From contig JBBQBL010000001.1 of the NCBI GenBank assembly GCA_038317805.1, positions 1 to 47,299 of the forward strand: 47,299 bases of DNA, in the 5' to 3' direction. This stretch comes from Micropepsales bacterium. Its GTDB lineage: Bacteria; Pseudomonadota; Alphaproteobacteria; Micropepsales; Micropepsaceae. Shown here one piece after another: positions 10,353-19,717 of this stretch; the first letter of the stretch is position 1, and the number at the start of each line of letters is the position of its first letter. The notes under the pieces are model-generated. The model saw only the letters and a list, made by a program, of their open reading frames with translations. It was not told the origin of the DNA and made no database searches. A program made the translations under genes and the position numbers.

Positions 10353-11093
10353 ATGAAGTCTTTGACAAGTCTGCTGCTTCTCGGGTTTTTTGTCATGCCT
10401 GCGGCGGCGGCCGTGGGCACGGCCAAGCCCCCCGCCGATCCGCAACATTACCGGCTTTGCCTTGCCGCCAGCAGCAGCAGTCCGGCTGCGGCACTGGCCG
10501 ATGCGGAAGGCTGGGCCAAAAGCGGGGGCGGTGTCCCGGCGCAACATTGTGCAGCCCTCGCACTGGTGGGTCTCAAGCGTTACGCCGAAGCTGGCGCGCG
10601 GCTCGACAAGATTGCCGCCGAAAAGGCGGTGCCAGATGCGCGTTTTCGCAGTGAACTGTTTGACCAGGCCGGCAATGCCTGGCTGCTGGCGGGCAACGGG
10701 GCCAAGGCGGTTCAGAGTTTTTCCGCGGCGCTGATGCTGTCGGCGGGTGACGCCGACCTGTTCGCGGACCTGGCTCGCGCCCAGGCCATGCGCAAGAATT
10801 GGCCGGAAGTCGTCCTCGATCTCAATGCTGCGCTTCAGGCGTCGCCGCGGCGCGCCGATCTACTGGTGCTGCGTGCCAGCGCGCGCCGTGCCTTGAAGCG
10901 TTATGCCGAGGCGAGCGCTGATATCGAATTCGCGCTGAAGGTCAAGCCCGGCGATGGCGGCGCGCTGGTGGAGCGCGGCTTGCTGCGGCGACAGTTGGGC
11001 GACTTAGGTGGCGCAAAACGCGATTTTGAGGCGGCGTTGAAAACTGAGGCGGCGCCGGAAGCAAAGGCTAACCTGGAACAGCTCAAGCCATAG
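10353..11093 (+). CDS. exported tetratricopeptide-repeat protein
   Basis: Signal peptide and consecutive TPR-like helical repeats. Confidence 0.85.
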   Translation: MKSLTSLLLLGFFVMPAAAAVGTAKPPADPQHYRLCLAASSSSPAAALADAEGWAKSGGGVPAQHCAALALVGLKRYAEAGARLDKIAAEKAVPDARFRSELFDQAGNAWLLAGNGAKAVQSFSAALMLSAGDADLFADLARAQAMRKNWPEVVLDLNAALQASPRRADLLVLRASARRALKRYAEASADIEFALKVKPGDGGALVERGLLRRQLGDLGGAKRDFEAALKTEAAPEAKANLEQLKP

Positions 11094-12198
11094 ACCATTC
11101 GGCCCGCACTTCTGGGTCGGGTTCGTTGGCGCCGTGGACGCTGGCCAGCGTGGCGAACTGATCGCGCGGCAACAGCCGCGACAACGCCCAGGCGGCAGCC
11201 CCGCGCACCAGCGATGAATCGTCGCCCAACGCGTTTGTTGCAGCTTGCGCGTGTGCAGCATCGCCACTGTTGCCGATTGCAATCATCACATTGCGGATAA
11301 ACCGGTCGCGGCCGATGCGCTTGACCGGTGATTTGCGGAACAGGCTGCGAAAACCCACATCGTCCAGCGCCGCCAGATCGGTCAGGCGCGGGGATCTCAA
11401 TTCTTCGCGTGCTTGCAGCTTCATCTCGGATGCGGTCTGCGCAAACTTGTTCCAGGGGCATGCCGCCAGGCAGTCGTCGCAGCCATAGATGCGGTTGCCC
11501 ATCGCCGCGCGGAATTCGCGCGGAATCGGCCCCTTGTTCTCGATGGTGAGATAGGAAATGCAGCGCCGCGCATCCAGCTGGTAGGGCGCGGGAAATGCAT
11601 TGGTGGGGCAGACATCCAGACACGCATGGCAATTGCCGCAATGATCCTGTTCGGCGTCATCCGGCGGCAGTTCGAGAGTGGTAAAGACCGAGCCCAGAAA
11701 CAGCCATGAGCCGAATTCGCGCGACACCAGGTTGGTATGCTTGCCCTGCCAGCCCAATCCGGCCTGTTGGGCCAGCGGCTTTTCAATCACCGGCGCAGTG
11801 TCGACGAACACTTTCACCTCCGCGCCAAAGGTGTGAAATATCCAGGTGCCAAGCGCCTTCAGCTTCTTCTTCACCACATCGTGATAGTCGTCGCCCTGGG
11901 CATAAACCGAGATTGCGGCTCTGTCCTTTCGCTGGAGCACGGCCAGCGGATCTTGATCGGGACCATAGTTGATTCCCAGCATGATCACGCTTCTGGCAGC
12001 CGGCCACATGGCTTGCGGATCGGCGCGCCAGGTTGCGCGTTCCGCCATCCATTCCATTTCGCCATGATGGCCGGCGCCAAGAAATTCGGTCAGGCGCTCG
12101 GCATTCTGCGCCGTCGCCTGTGCACTGGCGAACCGCACAAGGTCGAAACCTTCCGCGTGGGCATGGCTGCGTATCCGCTCAGAAATCGAGTTCGGCAT
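11083..12198 (-). CDS. queG: tRNA epoxyqueuosine(34) reductase
   Basis: [25 protein letters not shown] and [13 protein letters not shown] Fe-S motifs. Confidence 0.95.
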   Translation of the reverse strand: MPNSISERIRSHAHAEGFDLVRFASAQATAQNAERLTEFLGAGHHGEMEWMAERATWRADPQAMWPAARSVIMLGINYGPDQDPLAVLQRKDRAAISVYAQGDDYHDVVKKKLKALGTWIFHTFGAEVKVFVDTAPVIEKPLAQQAGLGWQGKHTNLVSREFGSWLFLGSVFTTLELPPDDAEQDHCGNCHACLDVCPTNAFPAPYQLDARRCISYLTIENKGPIPREFRAAMGNRIYGCDDCLAACPWNKFAQTASEMKLQAREELRSPRLTDLAALDDVGFRSLFRKSPVKRIGRDRFIRNVMIAIGNSGDAAHAQAATNALGDDSSLVRGAAAWALSRLLPRDQFATLASVHGANEPDPEVRAEWSMA

Positions 12199-12823
12199 AG
12201 TGTGACACGGGCGGCTGGCCGGGAACACGGTCCGCCAGGACGGAGCGGAAGGATGGCCGCGACTTCATCCGAATATACCACTCCGCCGCCGCGGAAAAAT
12301 CCGTCCAGGGCACTTCGCCGAAATAATCCAGCGCCGACAGATGCGCCGCGATCGCCAGGTCCCCCAGCGTGGTCTCGCGGCAGGCCAGGTTGCCGTTGCT
12401 CTCTGCCGCCTCGCCAATCTGTTTCAGGGCAAGTTTCAGTTCCTCGCGCCCGGCGCGGATCACGTTCATGTCGGGAGGGCGACTGTATCCGGCGCCGGTG
12501 AATTTGGGTGCGGCCTTTTCATAGATGATCCGCTGGGTCACCCGCTCATGGAACGGGCCCATGGCATAGTCCACCCAGCGCAGGCAGGCACGCCGCGCCG
12601 CATCATCGGCCGGGGCCAGCGGCCGATCGGGAAAATGATGTTCCAGGTGATCCAGGATTGCCCAAACACCTTCGGCCCGGGTTCCATCCAGTTCCACGAA
12701 GATCGGCATGGTCTGGCGGCTGTCCTCGGCGATCATGGGATCGCAGGTCACGCGTTTTTCGCCAATCATCAGGCGGGCCAGGCGGCAACTGGGCGACAGC
12801 ATCAGGTGAATCAAACGGCGCAT
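12179..12823 (-). CDS. fzlA: glutathione S-transferase-family FtsZ-binding protein FzlA-like
   Basis: C-terminus [14 protein letters not shown]...[24 protein letters not shown] matches the FzlA-type GST; located next to queG. Confidence 0.8.
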   Translation of the reverse strand: MRRLIHLMLSPSCRLARLMIGEKRVTCDPMIAEDSRQTMPIFVELDGTRAEGVWAILDHLEHHFPDRPLAPADDAARRACLRWVDYAMGPFHERVTQRIIYEKAAPKFTGAGYSRPPDMNVIRAGREELKLALKQIGEAAESNGNLACRETTLGDLAIAAHLSALDYFGEVPWTDFSAAAEWYIRMKSRPSFRSVLADRVPGQPPVSHYAELDF

Positions 12824-12845
12824 CAGGCTTGTTTATAGGCGCGGC

Positions 12846-13562
12846 CTATTTAACGCAAAAGCTCAGGCCGTCGCGGGTGACCATGGCGCTGCGCCCCTGC
12901 AACATGCCGGCACGGCGCGCCACATAGCGGCCGGGATGCGCCGCCTTCCATTTGTGGGGATTGGGCAGGATGGCCGCCAACCGCGCCGCTTCCGCCGCCG
13001 TCAGGGAAGCGGCATCTGTGCCGAAATAGGCCTCGGCCGCAGCCTGGGCCCCGAAGATGCCATCGCCCCAATCCACCAGGTTGAGATAGGCGGTCAGGAT
13101 GCGTTTCTTGGGCCACAGCCCCTCGACCAGGACCGTCAGATAGGCTTCCAGCCCCTTGCGGATCCAGCTGCGCATCGGCACCAGGAACAGGGTCCGCGCC
13201 GTCTGCTGCGAAATGGTACTGGCGCCGCGCATGGGCTTTTTGGGGTGGCGCTTGTGGTCATCCATTGCCTTGTTGATGGCCTCCCAGTCAAAGCCGTGAT
13301 GGGTACAGAAATTCTGGTCTTCGGCCCCGATCACCGCCCGTCCCAGCCGGGGAGAGATGTCGTCGGACCATTTGTAATGCGCGCCCTTGCCCAGGGCGAG
13401 ACTGACCAGCATATCGGGCGTACCCGGTATCGGCAGGAAGCGGAAAATCAGCAGCAGGAAAACGGGGGCAGGGACCAGCAGGATGAACAACGTCATCAGG
13501 ACGCGCCACACCCAGCCGCGCCCGCGCCAAACAATTCCATTTTTGATTCCCCGGCCCGCCAT
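12846..13562 (-). CDS. mtgA: monofunctional peptidoglycan transglycosylase
   Basis: EDQNFCTHHGFD, RGASTISQQTA, RKGLE, KKRIL..YLN GT51 motifs. Confidence 0.93.
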   Translation of the reverse strand: MAGRGIKNGIVWRGRGWVWRVLMTLFILLVPAPVFLLLIFRFLPIPGTPDMLVSLALGKGAHYKWSDDISPRLGRAVIGAEDQNFCTHHGFDWEAINKAMDDHKRHPKKPMRGASTISQQTARTLFLVPMRSWIRKGLEAYLTVLVEGLWPKKRILTAYLNLVDWGDGIFGAQAAAEAYFGTDAASLTAAEAARLAAILPNPHKWKAAHPGRYVARRAGMLQGRSAMVTRDGLSFCVK

Positions 13563-13641
13563 GCCGCCAGCATAACAATTTTTACAGGGTGCGCGAGGCG
13601 GATGGCGATGCTAAGCAGTGCCCGCCATCGGAGACGACGCC

Positions 13642-14448
13642 ATGCACAGTATACTGCTTTCCATCATTCTGGGGGTGGTCGAGGGCGTCACCGAATTCCT
13701 GCCCATCTCTTCCACCGCCCATCTGCTGGTGACGGAAAAACTGCTGGGCCTGGGCGATGACTGGGAAGCCTTCACGGTGGTGATCCAGCTGGGCGCAATC
13801 CTGGCGGTGGTGGTGATCTATTTCCAGAAGTTCTGGAATGTCCTGGTCACTCTGCCCACCTCCGCAGAATCCCGCCGGTTCGCGCTGGGCGTGATCGCGG
13901 CCTTCATGCCCGCCGCCGTCGTGGGGGTGCTGCTGGCCAAGCACATCAATGCCGTGCTGCTGAACCCCACCATCGCCATGCCGGTAATCGCCATTTCCTG
14001 GATGGCGGGCGGTATGCTGATCCTGCTGTTTGAACGCATTGCACCGGTGGCCCGATTCCACGATCCCAACCAGTTGCCGCTGAAAAAGGCCTTCCAGATC
14101 GGCTGCTGCCAGGTCATCGCCATGATCCCCGGCATCTCGCGCTCGGGCGCAACCATCCTGGGCGGCGAGCTGTTGGGGGTGGAACGCAGTGCGGCGACTG
14201 TCTTCACATTTTATCTGGCGGTCCCCACCATGCTGGGGGCGACAGTCTATGAACTCTACAAAAAGGGCGGCGCACTGTCCTCGGCGCAGGGCGTCGACAT
14301 CGCGGTGGGTTTTGTGGTGTCGTTCCTGGTCGCCTGGGTGGTGATCCGGGCGTTCCTGGGCATCGTGGCGAAATACGGCCTTAAGCCTTTCGGCTATTAC
14401 CGTATCGCCGCCTCTCTGGCCCTGATGGCCTGGCTGGCGTTCCACTGA
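13642..14448 (+). CDS. uppP: undecaprenyl-diphosphate phosphatase
   Basis: GVVEGVTEFLPISSTAHL, IQLGAILAV, PGISRSGATI. Confidence 0.96.
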   Translation: MHSILLSIILGVVEGVTEFLPISSTAHLLVTEKLLGLGDDWEAFTVVIQLGAILAVVVIYFQKFWNVLVTLPTSAESRRFALGVIAAFMPAAVVGVLLAKHINAVLLNPTIAMPVIAISWMAGGMLILLFERIAPVARFHDPNQLPLKKAFQIGCCQVIAMIPGISRSGATILGGELLGVERSAATVFTFYLAVPTMLGATVYELYKKGGALSSAQGVDIAVGFVVSFLVAWVVIRAFLGIVAKYGLKPFGYYRIAASLALMAWLAFH

Positions 14449-14451
14449 TCC

Positions 14452-15420
14452 CTAGGCCGCCGGAATGTCCATCTCGCGGCGTGCCTGGGAATCCGCATAT
14501 TCGCCCTTGGCCCGGAAGCGCCACAGATAGGACGGGATCACCGCCTCAACCGACGTCGGAGTAATGCCAAGATCGGCCAGGCCCGCCGCAGTCGGCGCCA
14601 CCACATTGTCCGTCTTCAGCAGCTTGACCTGATCCATGGTCAGGATCGGATTGGGCAACATCTGCAGAAACGCCGCCTTGAACGATGCCAGCCCGAAGGG
14701 CAAGGGCACCAGCGCGCGCGTCCGGCCGATCTCGCGCAGGATCAGCTGCAGCAATTCCTTGAAGGAATAGACGCCGGGGCCTCCCAGTTCATAGGTGCGG
14801 CCCTTCGCGCCATCGCCCAGCGCGGTCACGATCGCCTGCGCCACGTCGCCCACGAACACCGGCTGGAAGCGGGTATGGCCGCCGCCCACCAGCGGCAGCA
14901 CCGGCGAGAAGCGCGCCATGCCCGCGAACTTGTTGAAGAAGCCGTCTTCGGGCCCAAAGATGATTGAAGGGCGCAGGATCACCGCGGCCGGGAACGCCTC
15001 ACGCACCGCCTGCTCGCCCTGCGCCTTGGTCTGGGCATAGCTGGAATCCGATTCCAGGTCCGCGCCGATGGCCGAGACATGCACCAGCGCGCTGACCCCG
15101 GCCTGCGCTGCGGCCTGGGCGATATTGGCCGCACCGTTCGACTGCACATCTTCGAAAGTCTGGCCCTTCTGGAACAGGATGCCCGTCAGGTTGATGACAG
15201 CGCTGGAGCCCATGACAGCGGCGGAGACACTCTCGGCGTCACTGACATCGCATTTCACGAAATCGATCTGGCCAACTGTGCCCAGCGGCCGCAGGAAGAA
15301 GCCGCGCGCGGGATGACGTGTCGCCACCTTGATGCGCCAGCCCGCCCGCGCCAGGGCGCGCACCGTATGGCGGCCGAGGAAGCCAGAGCCGCCGAAGACC
15401 GTAATCAGATTGGTGTTCAT
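14452..15420 (-). CDS. complex I NDUFA9-like NAD(P)-binding SDR
   Basis: GGSGFLG, HVSAIGAD, YAQTK, FQPVFVGDVA, YELGGP. Confidence 0.9.
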   Translation of the reverse strand: MNTNLITVFGGSGFLGRHTVRALARAGWRIKVATRHPARGFFLRPLGTVGQIDFVKCDVSDAESVSAAVMGSSAVINLTGILFQKGQTFEDVQSNGAANIAQAAAQAGVSALVHVSAIGADLESDSSYAQTKAQGEQAVREAFPAAVILRPSIIFGPEDGFFNKFAGMARFSPVLPLVGGGHTRFQPVFVGDVAQAIVTALGDGAKGRTYELGGPGVYSFKELLQLILREIGRTRALVPLPFGLASFKAAFLQMLPNPILTMDQVKLLKTDNVVAPTAAGLADLGITPTSVEAVIPSYLWRFRAKGEYADSQARREMDIPAA

Positions 15421-15457
15421 GACATCATCCTGAGAAGCTATTCGATAAAAGCCGCGC

Positions 15458-16093
15458 TCATCGCGGCACCAGCGGAATCAATGAGAATGGTCGCAGTCTG
15501 CCCGTCACTTCCGGCTGAAAGGCATTGCCCAACGACGGCCGACTGTCAAATTTTTCGCCGGCAAAAGGCCCGTTTTGATCCACGTAATGCATGAAGGCCT
15601 GGACCACCCGCTGGCCATCATAAGGCTCGCGCCAATGGGTTTGGTCGCAACCGCGATAGATCAAGGCATCGCCCGGCTTCAAATGGGCGGCAAAGCCTTC
15701 CTCGCCGACATATAGTGCCCAAGGTTCGTCTGGAACCTGGCCCAAATTCAGGCTGAGGCTGATCTCGCAGGCCGAGCGGTCCCGGTGCGGGGGCAGGGCG
15801 TCGCCATGCTTGTAGATGCGGGCATAGGAATAGGTGGGAAAAAGTTTCAGCCCAGTATGCTTTTCAATCTCCGGCGCCAGTTCCAGCATCAGCCCGTCCA
15901 CCGCGCCGTCGCCATAGACGGCAGGAGTCTGCGGCACCTGTTCGTCAACCTGGCTCATGGTCCCACCGGCAGCGCGATTCTCCAGGTGCTGGCGCAGTTG
16001 TGCCACCTGCGCAGGCGCTACCAGTTCCTGCACCACGCAATAGCCGCGCGCGTCAAAAGCCTTCGCGGTCGGATCGGTCAAACCTATGGTCAT
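15458..16093 (-). CDS. 2OG-Fe(II) oxygenase superfamily protein
   Basis: PTYSYARIY, HRD (HxD), CEISLSLNLG, distal HWRE; start chosen at ATG 16093. Confidence 0.75.
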   Translation of the reverse strand: MTIGLTDPTAKAFDARGYCVVQELVAPAQVAQLRQHLENRAAGGTMSQVDEQVPQTPAVYGDGAVDGLMLELAPEIEKHTGLKLFPTYSYARIYKHGDALPPHRDRSACEISLSLNLGQVPDEPWALYVGEEGFAAHLKPGDALIYRGCDQTHWREPYDGQRVVQAFMHYVDQNGPFAGEKFDSRPSLGNAFQPEVTGRLRPFSLIPLVPR

Positions 16094-16158
16094 GCGCAAT
16101 AATAAGCCGGGCGGTGGGGGCCGGAACAGAGGCATTTTGTATCGGGGACAGCAGAAAA

Positions 16159-16183
16159 TAGTACCCAGAAGGCGGCTGTCGAA
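16159..16183 (-). mobile_element. degenerate tRNA-Leu 3'-end relic (possible old att site)
   Basis: TAGTACCCAGAAGGCGGCTGTCGAA versus TGGTGCCCAGAAGAGGACTCGAA (11/13 identical over the acceptor side, ends in TCGAA), followed by AT-rich sequence; sits at the core/accessory boundary. Confidence 0.4.
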
Positions 16184-16305
16184 ATTGTTTTGAAACAAAT
16201 ACTTACACGAAACTTGGGCCCACCTTGGCAATCGTATTTCGGTGCCTTCGGCCTCCGGCTCGGTTTGTCAGCCAAACTACAGGTCCCTTATGGCAAAAGA
16301 GCCCT

Positions 16306-16653
16306 ATGAAGAAATTGCCACTGATCATCTTCTGCGTGCTTGCCGCCCTTCGGGCTGCGGCTGGGGAGGGCGGCAACTGCTATCATCTGGCCAGCGATTT
16401 CGACGGTCAGGTCGATCAGGACGGCGCGCGGGCGGCAGTAAGACGCGGTGACGCCCGTCCCTTTGAACAAATTCTCGCCAAGGCACGCCCTGTCATTCAG
16501 GGCGAAATTGTCGGCCAGAAACTGGAGCAACATCGGGGCGCGTGGCTGTACGAATTTCGCGTCGTGGCTCCCGATGGGCACATGCATTACGTGCATTTTG
16601 ATGCGCGTTCCGGTCGGCACATCGATGTGAAGGCTGGCCCATGCGCGTCCTGA
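16306..16653 (+). CDS. exported PepSY-domain protein
   Basis: Signal peptide; DQD.AR.AVRRG, YEFRVVAPDG...V.FDARSG; precedes an RR/HK pair. Confidence 0.85.
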   Translation: MKKLPLIIFCVLAALRAAAGEGGNCYHLASDFDGQVDQDGARAAVRRGDARPFEQILAKARPVIQGEIVGQKLEQHRGAWLYEFRVVAPDGHMHYVHFDARSGRHIDVKAGPCAS

Positions 16654-17306
16654 TCGTCGAAGACGACGATCGGCTGGCGCGCAACCTGGTGGAGGCCGTC
16701 CAGCAGGCGGGCTTTGTCGTGGACCGGGAGCGCGATGGTCTGGAAGCCTGGTTCAAAGGCGATGTTGAGGCGTATGACGCCGTCATTCTCGATCTGGGAC
16801 TGCCGGGAATGGATGGTCTTTCCATTCTCAAGCGCTGGCGGGACGCCGGGCGGGATTTCCCCATCCTGGTGCTGACGGCGCGCGGCGACTGGACGGACCG
16901 AGTCGAAGGGATTGAAGCGGGCGCCGACGACTATCTGCCCAAGCCATTCCAGATGGAAGAAGTGCTGGCGCGGCTGCGCGCCATCATGCGCCGGTCTGCG
17001 GGAAAGGCCGCCCCGATACTGACAGTCGGTGATATCGCCATCGATGTGCGCCAGCTGCAAGTCCAGCTTCGCGGTGCACCAGTGGAAATGACGCCGCACG
17101 AATACCGACTGATCAGCCATCTTGCTTTCAATGCCCAGCGCGTGGTGTCCCAGTCCGAACTGCTCGATCATCTGTATCCCGGTGAGGCATCACAGACCAC
17201 AAATGCCATTGAAGTTCTGGTGGCGCGGGTACGGCGCAAGCTGGGCGCTTCCGTCATCGAGACGCGGCGCGGCTATGGCTACATCCTCAGGGGCGAGGCG
17301 TCGTGA
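16641..17306 (+). CDS. OmpR-family response regulator
   Basis: VEDD, LDLGLPGMDG, GADDYLPKPF, IETRRGYGY. Confidence 0.95.
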   Translation: MRVLIVEDDDRLARNLVEAVQQAGFVVDRERDGLEAWFKGDVEAYDAVILDLGLPGMDGLSILKRWRDAGRDFPILVLTARGDWTDRVEGIEAGADDYLPKPFQMEEVLARLRAIMRRSAGKAAPILTVGDIAIDVRQLQVQLRGAPVEMTPHEYRLISHLAFNAQRVVSQSELLDHLYPGEASQTTNAIEVLVARVRRKLGASVIETRRGYGYILRGEAS

Positions 17307-18679
17307 TGCAACTGCGTTCGCTGCGGCTGCGCCTGTTCGTGGCGGCCACTATTGCGGTTGCCGCGGCACTTGCCATCGCGGGCATCCTGCTGACCGGATT
17401 GTTCGAACGCCACGTCACCCGCCAGTATGATGCCGAGCTGCAGTCCTATCTGCGCCAACTGAGTGCCGCGATCGAATTTGCCCCTGACGGCAGGATCAGC
17501 CTGGGCCAGCAGCTCCAGGACGCCCGTTTCGGCGAGCCGCTCAGCGGTCTTTACTGGCAGATCGAAGAGGACAAGTCCGGCTTCATGCTGGGTTCGCGCT
17601 CCTTGTGGGATACCCGAATCCCGCTGCCAAAGCATGCCTTGGCCAAAGGCGCGGTGGACAGCCATATCCTGCCGGGGCCAAAGGGCACGCGCCTGCGCGT
17701 CCAGGAACGCATGATCGTTTTCGATCTTCCTTCCGGAAGCCGTTCGCTGCGGATGGCCGTCGCGATGGACGTGGCCGAGATCGCCGCAGCGCGCAGCGCA
17801 TTCGCCGCCGATATCTGGCCATCGCTTGCCACCATTGGCGTGCTGCTGCTGGCCGCGGCCTGGTTCTATATCGGCATAGGGCTTCGACCGCTGGATGGCA
17901 TCCGCCGCAGCCTGAATGCGGTGCGCACCGGCGCCTCGCGCCGGCTGGAAGGCGACTTCCCTTCTGAGGTGACGCCGCTGGTGGAGGAAGCCAACGCGCT
18001 GCTGGCAGCGCAGGATGACACGCTGGCTCGCGCCCGGGCGCGCGCGACCGACCTGGCGCACGGCCTCAAGACACCGCTCGCGGTGCTGCAATCCGATGCC
18101 GAACGGCTGAAAGCCCGAGGGCAGGGCGACATTGGCGAAGAAGTCTGGCAGCTCGCAGAACAGATGCGCCGTCATGTCCAGCGCGAGCTGGCGCGTGCGC
18201 GCCTGCGCGGCGGCGAGACGGCAAAGCCCCTGGCAGTGCGCGCCCTGGCGGAGCGCATCATGGCCTCCCTGCGGCGTACCCCGCGCGGCGAAGCGCTCGA
18301 CTGGGTGCTCGATATTCCCGCCGACCTGACCTTGTCTGCCGATCCGGAAGACATGACCGAGCTTTTCGGTTCTGTCCTCGACAATGCCTGCAAATGGGCT
18401 CGCAGCGAAGTTCGCATGGAGGCGGAAGAGTCTGGCGCAGGCATTTGCATCCGCGTGCTGGATGACGGCAGCGGCGTGCCGGAATCCGCGCTGGCTTCGC
18501 TGGCGGATCGCGGCGTGCGGTTGGACGAGAGTGTGCCGGGCTCGGGTCTTGGCCTTGCCATCGCACGCGACATCGTCACCGCCTATCGCGGCAGTCTTGC
18601 CGTCCGCAATCGCACCAGTGGCGGTTTTGCCGTCATCCTGGAAATTCCTCCCGCACAAAGAAGTATAAATCATGCATAA
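17303..18679 (+). CDS. sensor histidine kinase
   Basis: Two TM helices, H-box LAHGLKTPL, DNACKW, DDGSG, GSGLGLAI. Confidence 0.95.
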   Translation: MMQLRSLRLRLFVAATIAVAAALAIAGILLTGLFERHVTRQYDAELQSYLRQLSAAIEFAPDGRISLGQQLQDARFGEPLSGLYWQIEEDKSGFMLGSRSLWDTRIPLPKHALAKGAVDSHILPGPKGTRLRVQERMIVFDLPSGSRSLRMAVAMDVAEIAAARSAFAADIWPSLATIGVLLLAAAWFYIGIGLRPLDGIRRSLNAVRTGASRRLEGDFPSEVTPLVEEANALLAAQDDTLARARARATDLAHGLKTPLAVLQSDAERLKARGQGDIGEEVWQLAEQMRRHVQRELARARLRGGETAKPLAVRALAERIMASLRRTPRGEALDWVLDIPADLTLSADPEDMTELFGSVLDNACKWARSEVRMEAEESGAGICIRVLDDGSGVPESALASLADRGVRLDESVPGSGLGLAIARDIVTAYRGSLAVRNRTSGGFAVILEIPPAQRSINHA

Positions 18680-19715
18680 ATTGTATCTGCTCGCCCTGGC
18701 GGCCCTGCTGCCCTGTTCCGGCGCCAGCGCGCGGCTCGTCACGATCACGCCGCAACAGGTGGAGCGGCTGGGCATCAAGCTGGCCCCGGTCCGAGTTGCC
18801 GGTTCGCAGACCACCGTCTCGGTGCTGGGCCGGGTGACGCCGGCCCCGGATTCGCGCATTCCGGTCTCTGCACCCTTTGCCGGAACGGTGAAAAGCCTGG
18901 TGCATCTGGAAGGCAGCAGTGTTCAAAAAGGCGACACGCTGGCGGTCATCATCAGCGCCGACATGCACGCCGCTCACGCCCGGTTGCAGGGGCAGGAAGC
19001 CAGTTATCGCTCTGCCAAGGCCGCTTCCGACCGCGCCAATGCGTTGGTGAAGGAAGGGATTGCGCCTGCCAGTCGTGCGGAGGAAGCCAATGCCGCCGCG
19101 TCGGCCGCGGCCGCCGACCTGGCGGCATCGCGCAGCGTAATGACGCGCGCCTCGCGTTCGGCAGAAGGTGGCTATCAACTGCTGGCGCCTGCGGCAGGGC
19201 GCGTGGCCAGGCTCGATGTCTCGGCCGGTGATCAGGTCACGGCCATGCAGCTGGTGGCGTTGATCGATACGCGCCGGGAAATGTGGGTGGAAGGCGCGCT
19301 GCCCGCCAGCGCCATTGGGCGGGTGGCTGCGGGCGATCATGTCGTACTGGAAGGTACCGGTGGCGTTGTCGGCGAAGTGGTCGCGGCCGGTTCCAGCATT
19401 GATCCCAGGACGCGATCGGCCATGCTGCGCGCCCGTCTTGAGGCGCCGGGGGGGTTGGTCGCCGGTCAGACGGTCCGCCTGTCGGTCACGCGTCAGTCGG
19501 GCGCGGGCAGTTTCAATATTCCCCGCGCCGCGGTGGTCGAACTGAAGGGTGGGCCTGCGGTGTTCGCCATGCGCAATGGCAGTTTTGAGCCCATTGCGGT
19601 CCGGGTTCTGGCGCGGGGCGTTCAGGACGCGACGGTCAGCGGAATGCTCAATGTTCGCGACAAGGTGGCGGTGACGGGCGTGAGCGAGCTCAAGGCCGCG
19701 AGCATGCGGGAATAG
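18672..19715 (+). CDS. RND efflux periplasmic adaptor (CzcB/CusB-like)
   Basis: Signal peptide, lipoyl-like SAPFAGTV/LAPAAGRV halves, IDPRTRS; upstream of the RND gene. Confidence 0.9.
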   Translation: MHKLYLLALAALLPCSGASARLVTITPQQVERLGIKLAPVRVAGSQTTVSVLGRVTPAPDSRIPVSAPFAGTVKSLVHLEGSSVQKGDTLAVIISADMHAAHARLQGQEASYRSAKAASDRANALVKEGIAPASRAEEANAAASAAAADLAASRSVMTRASRSAEGGYQLLAPAAGRVARLDVSAGDQVTAMQLVALIDTRREMWVEGALPASAIGRVAAGDHVVLEGTGGVVGEVVAAGSSIDPRTRSAMLRARLEAPGGLVAGQTVRLSVTRQSGAGSFNIPRAAVVELKGGPAVFAMRNGSFEPIAVRVLARGVQDATVSGMLNVRDKVAVTGVSELKAASMRE

Positions 19716-19717
19716 CC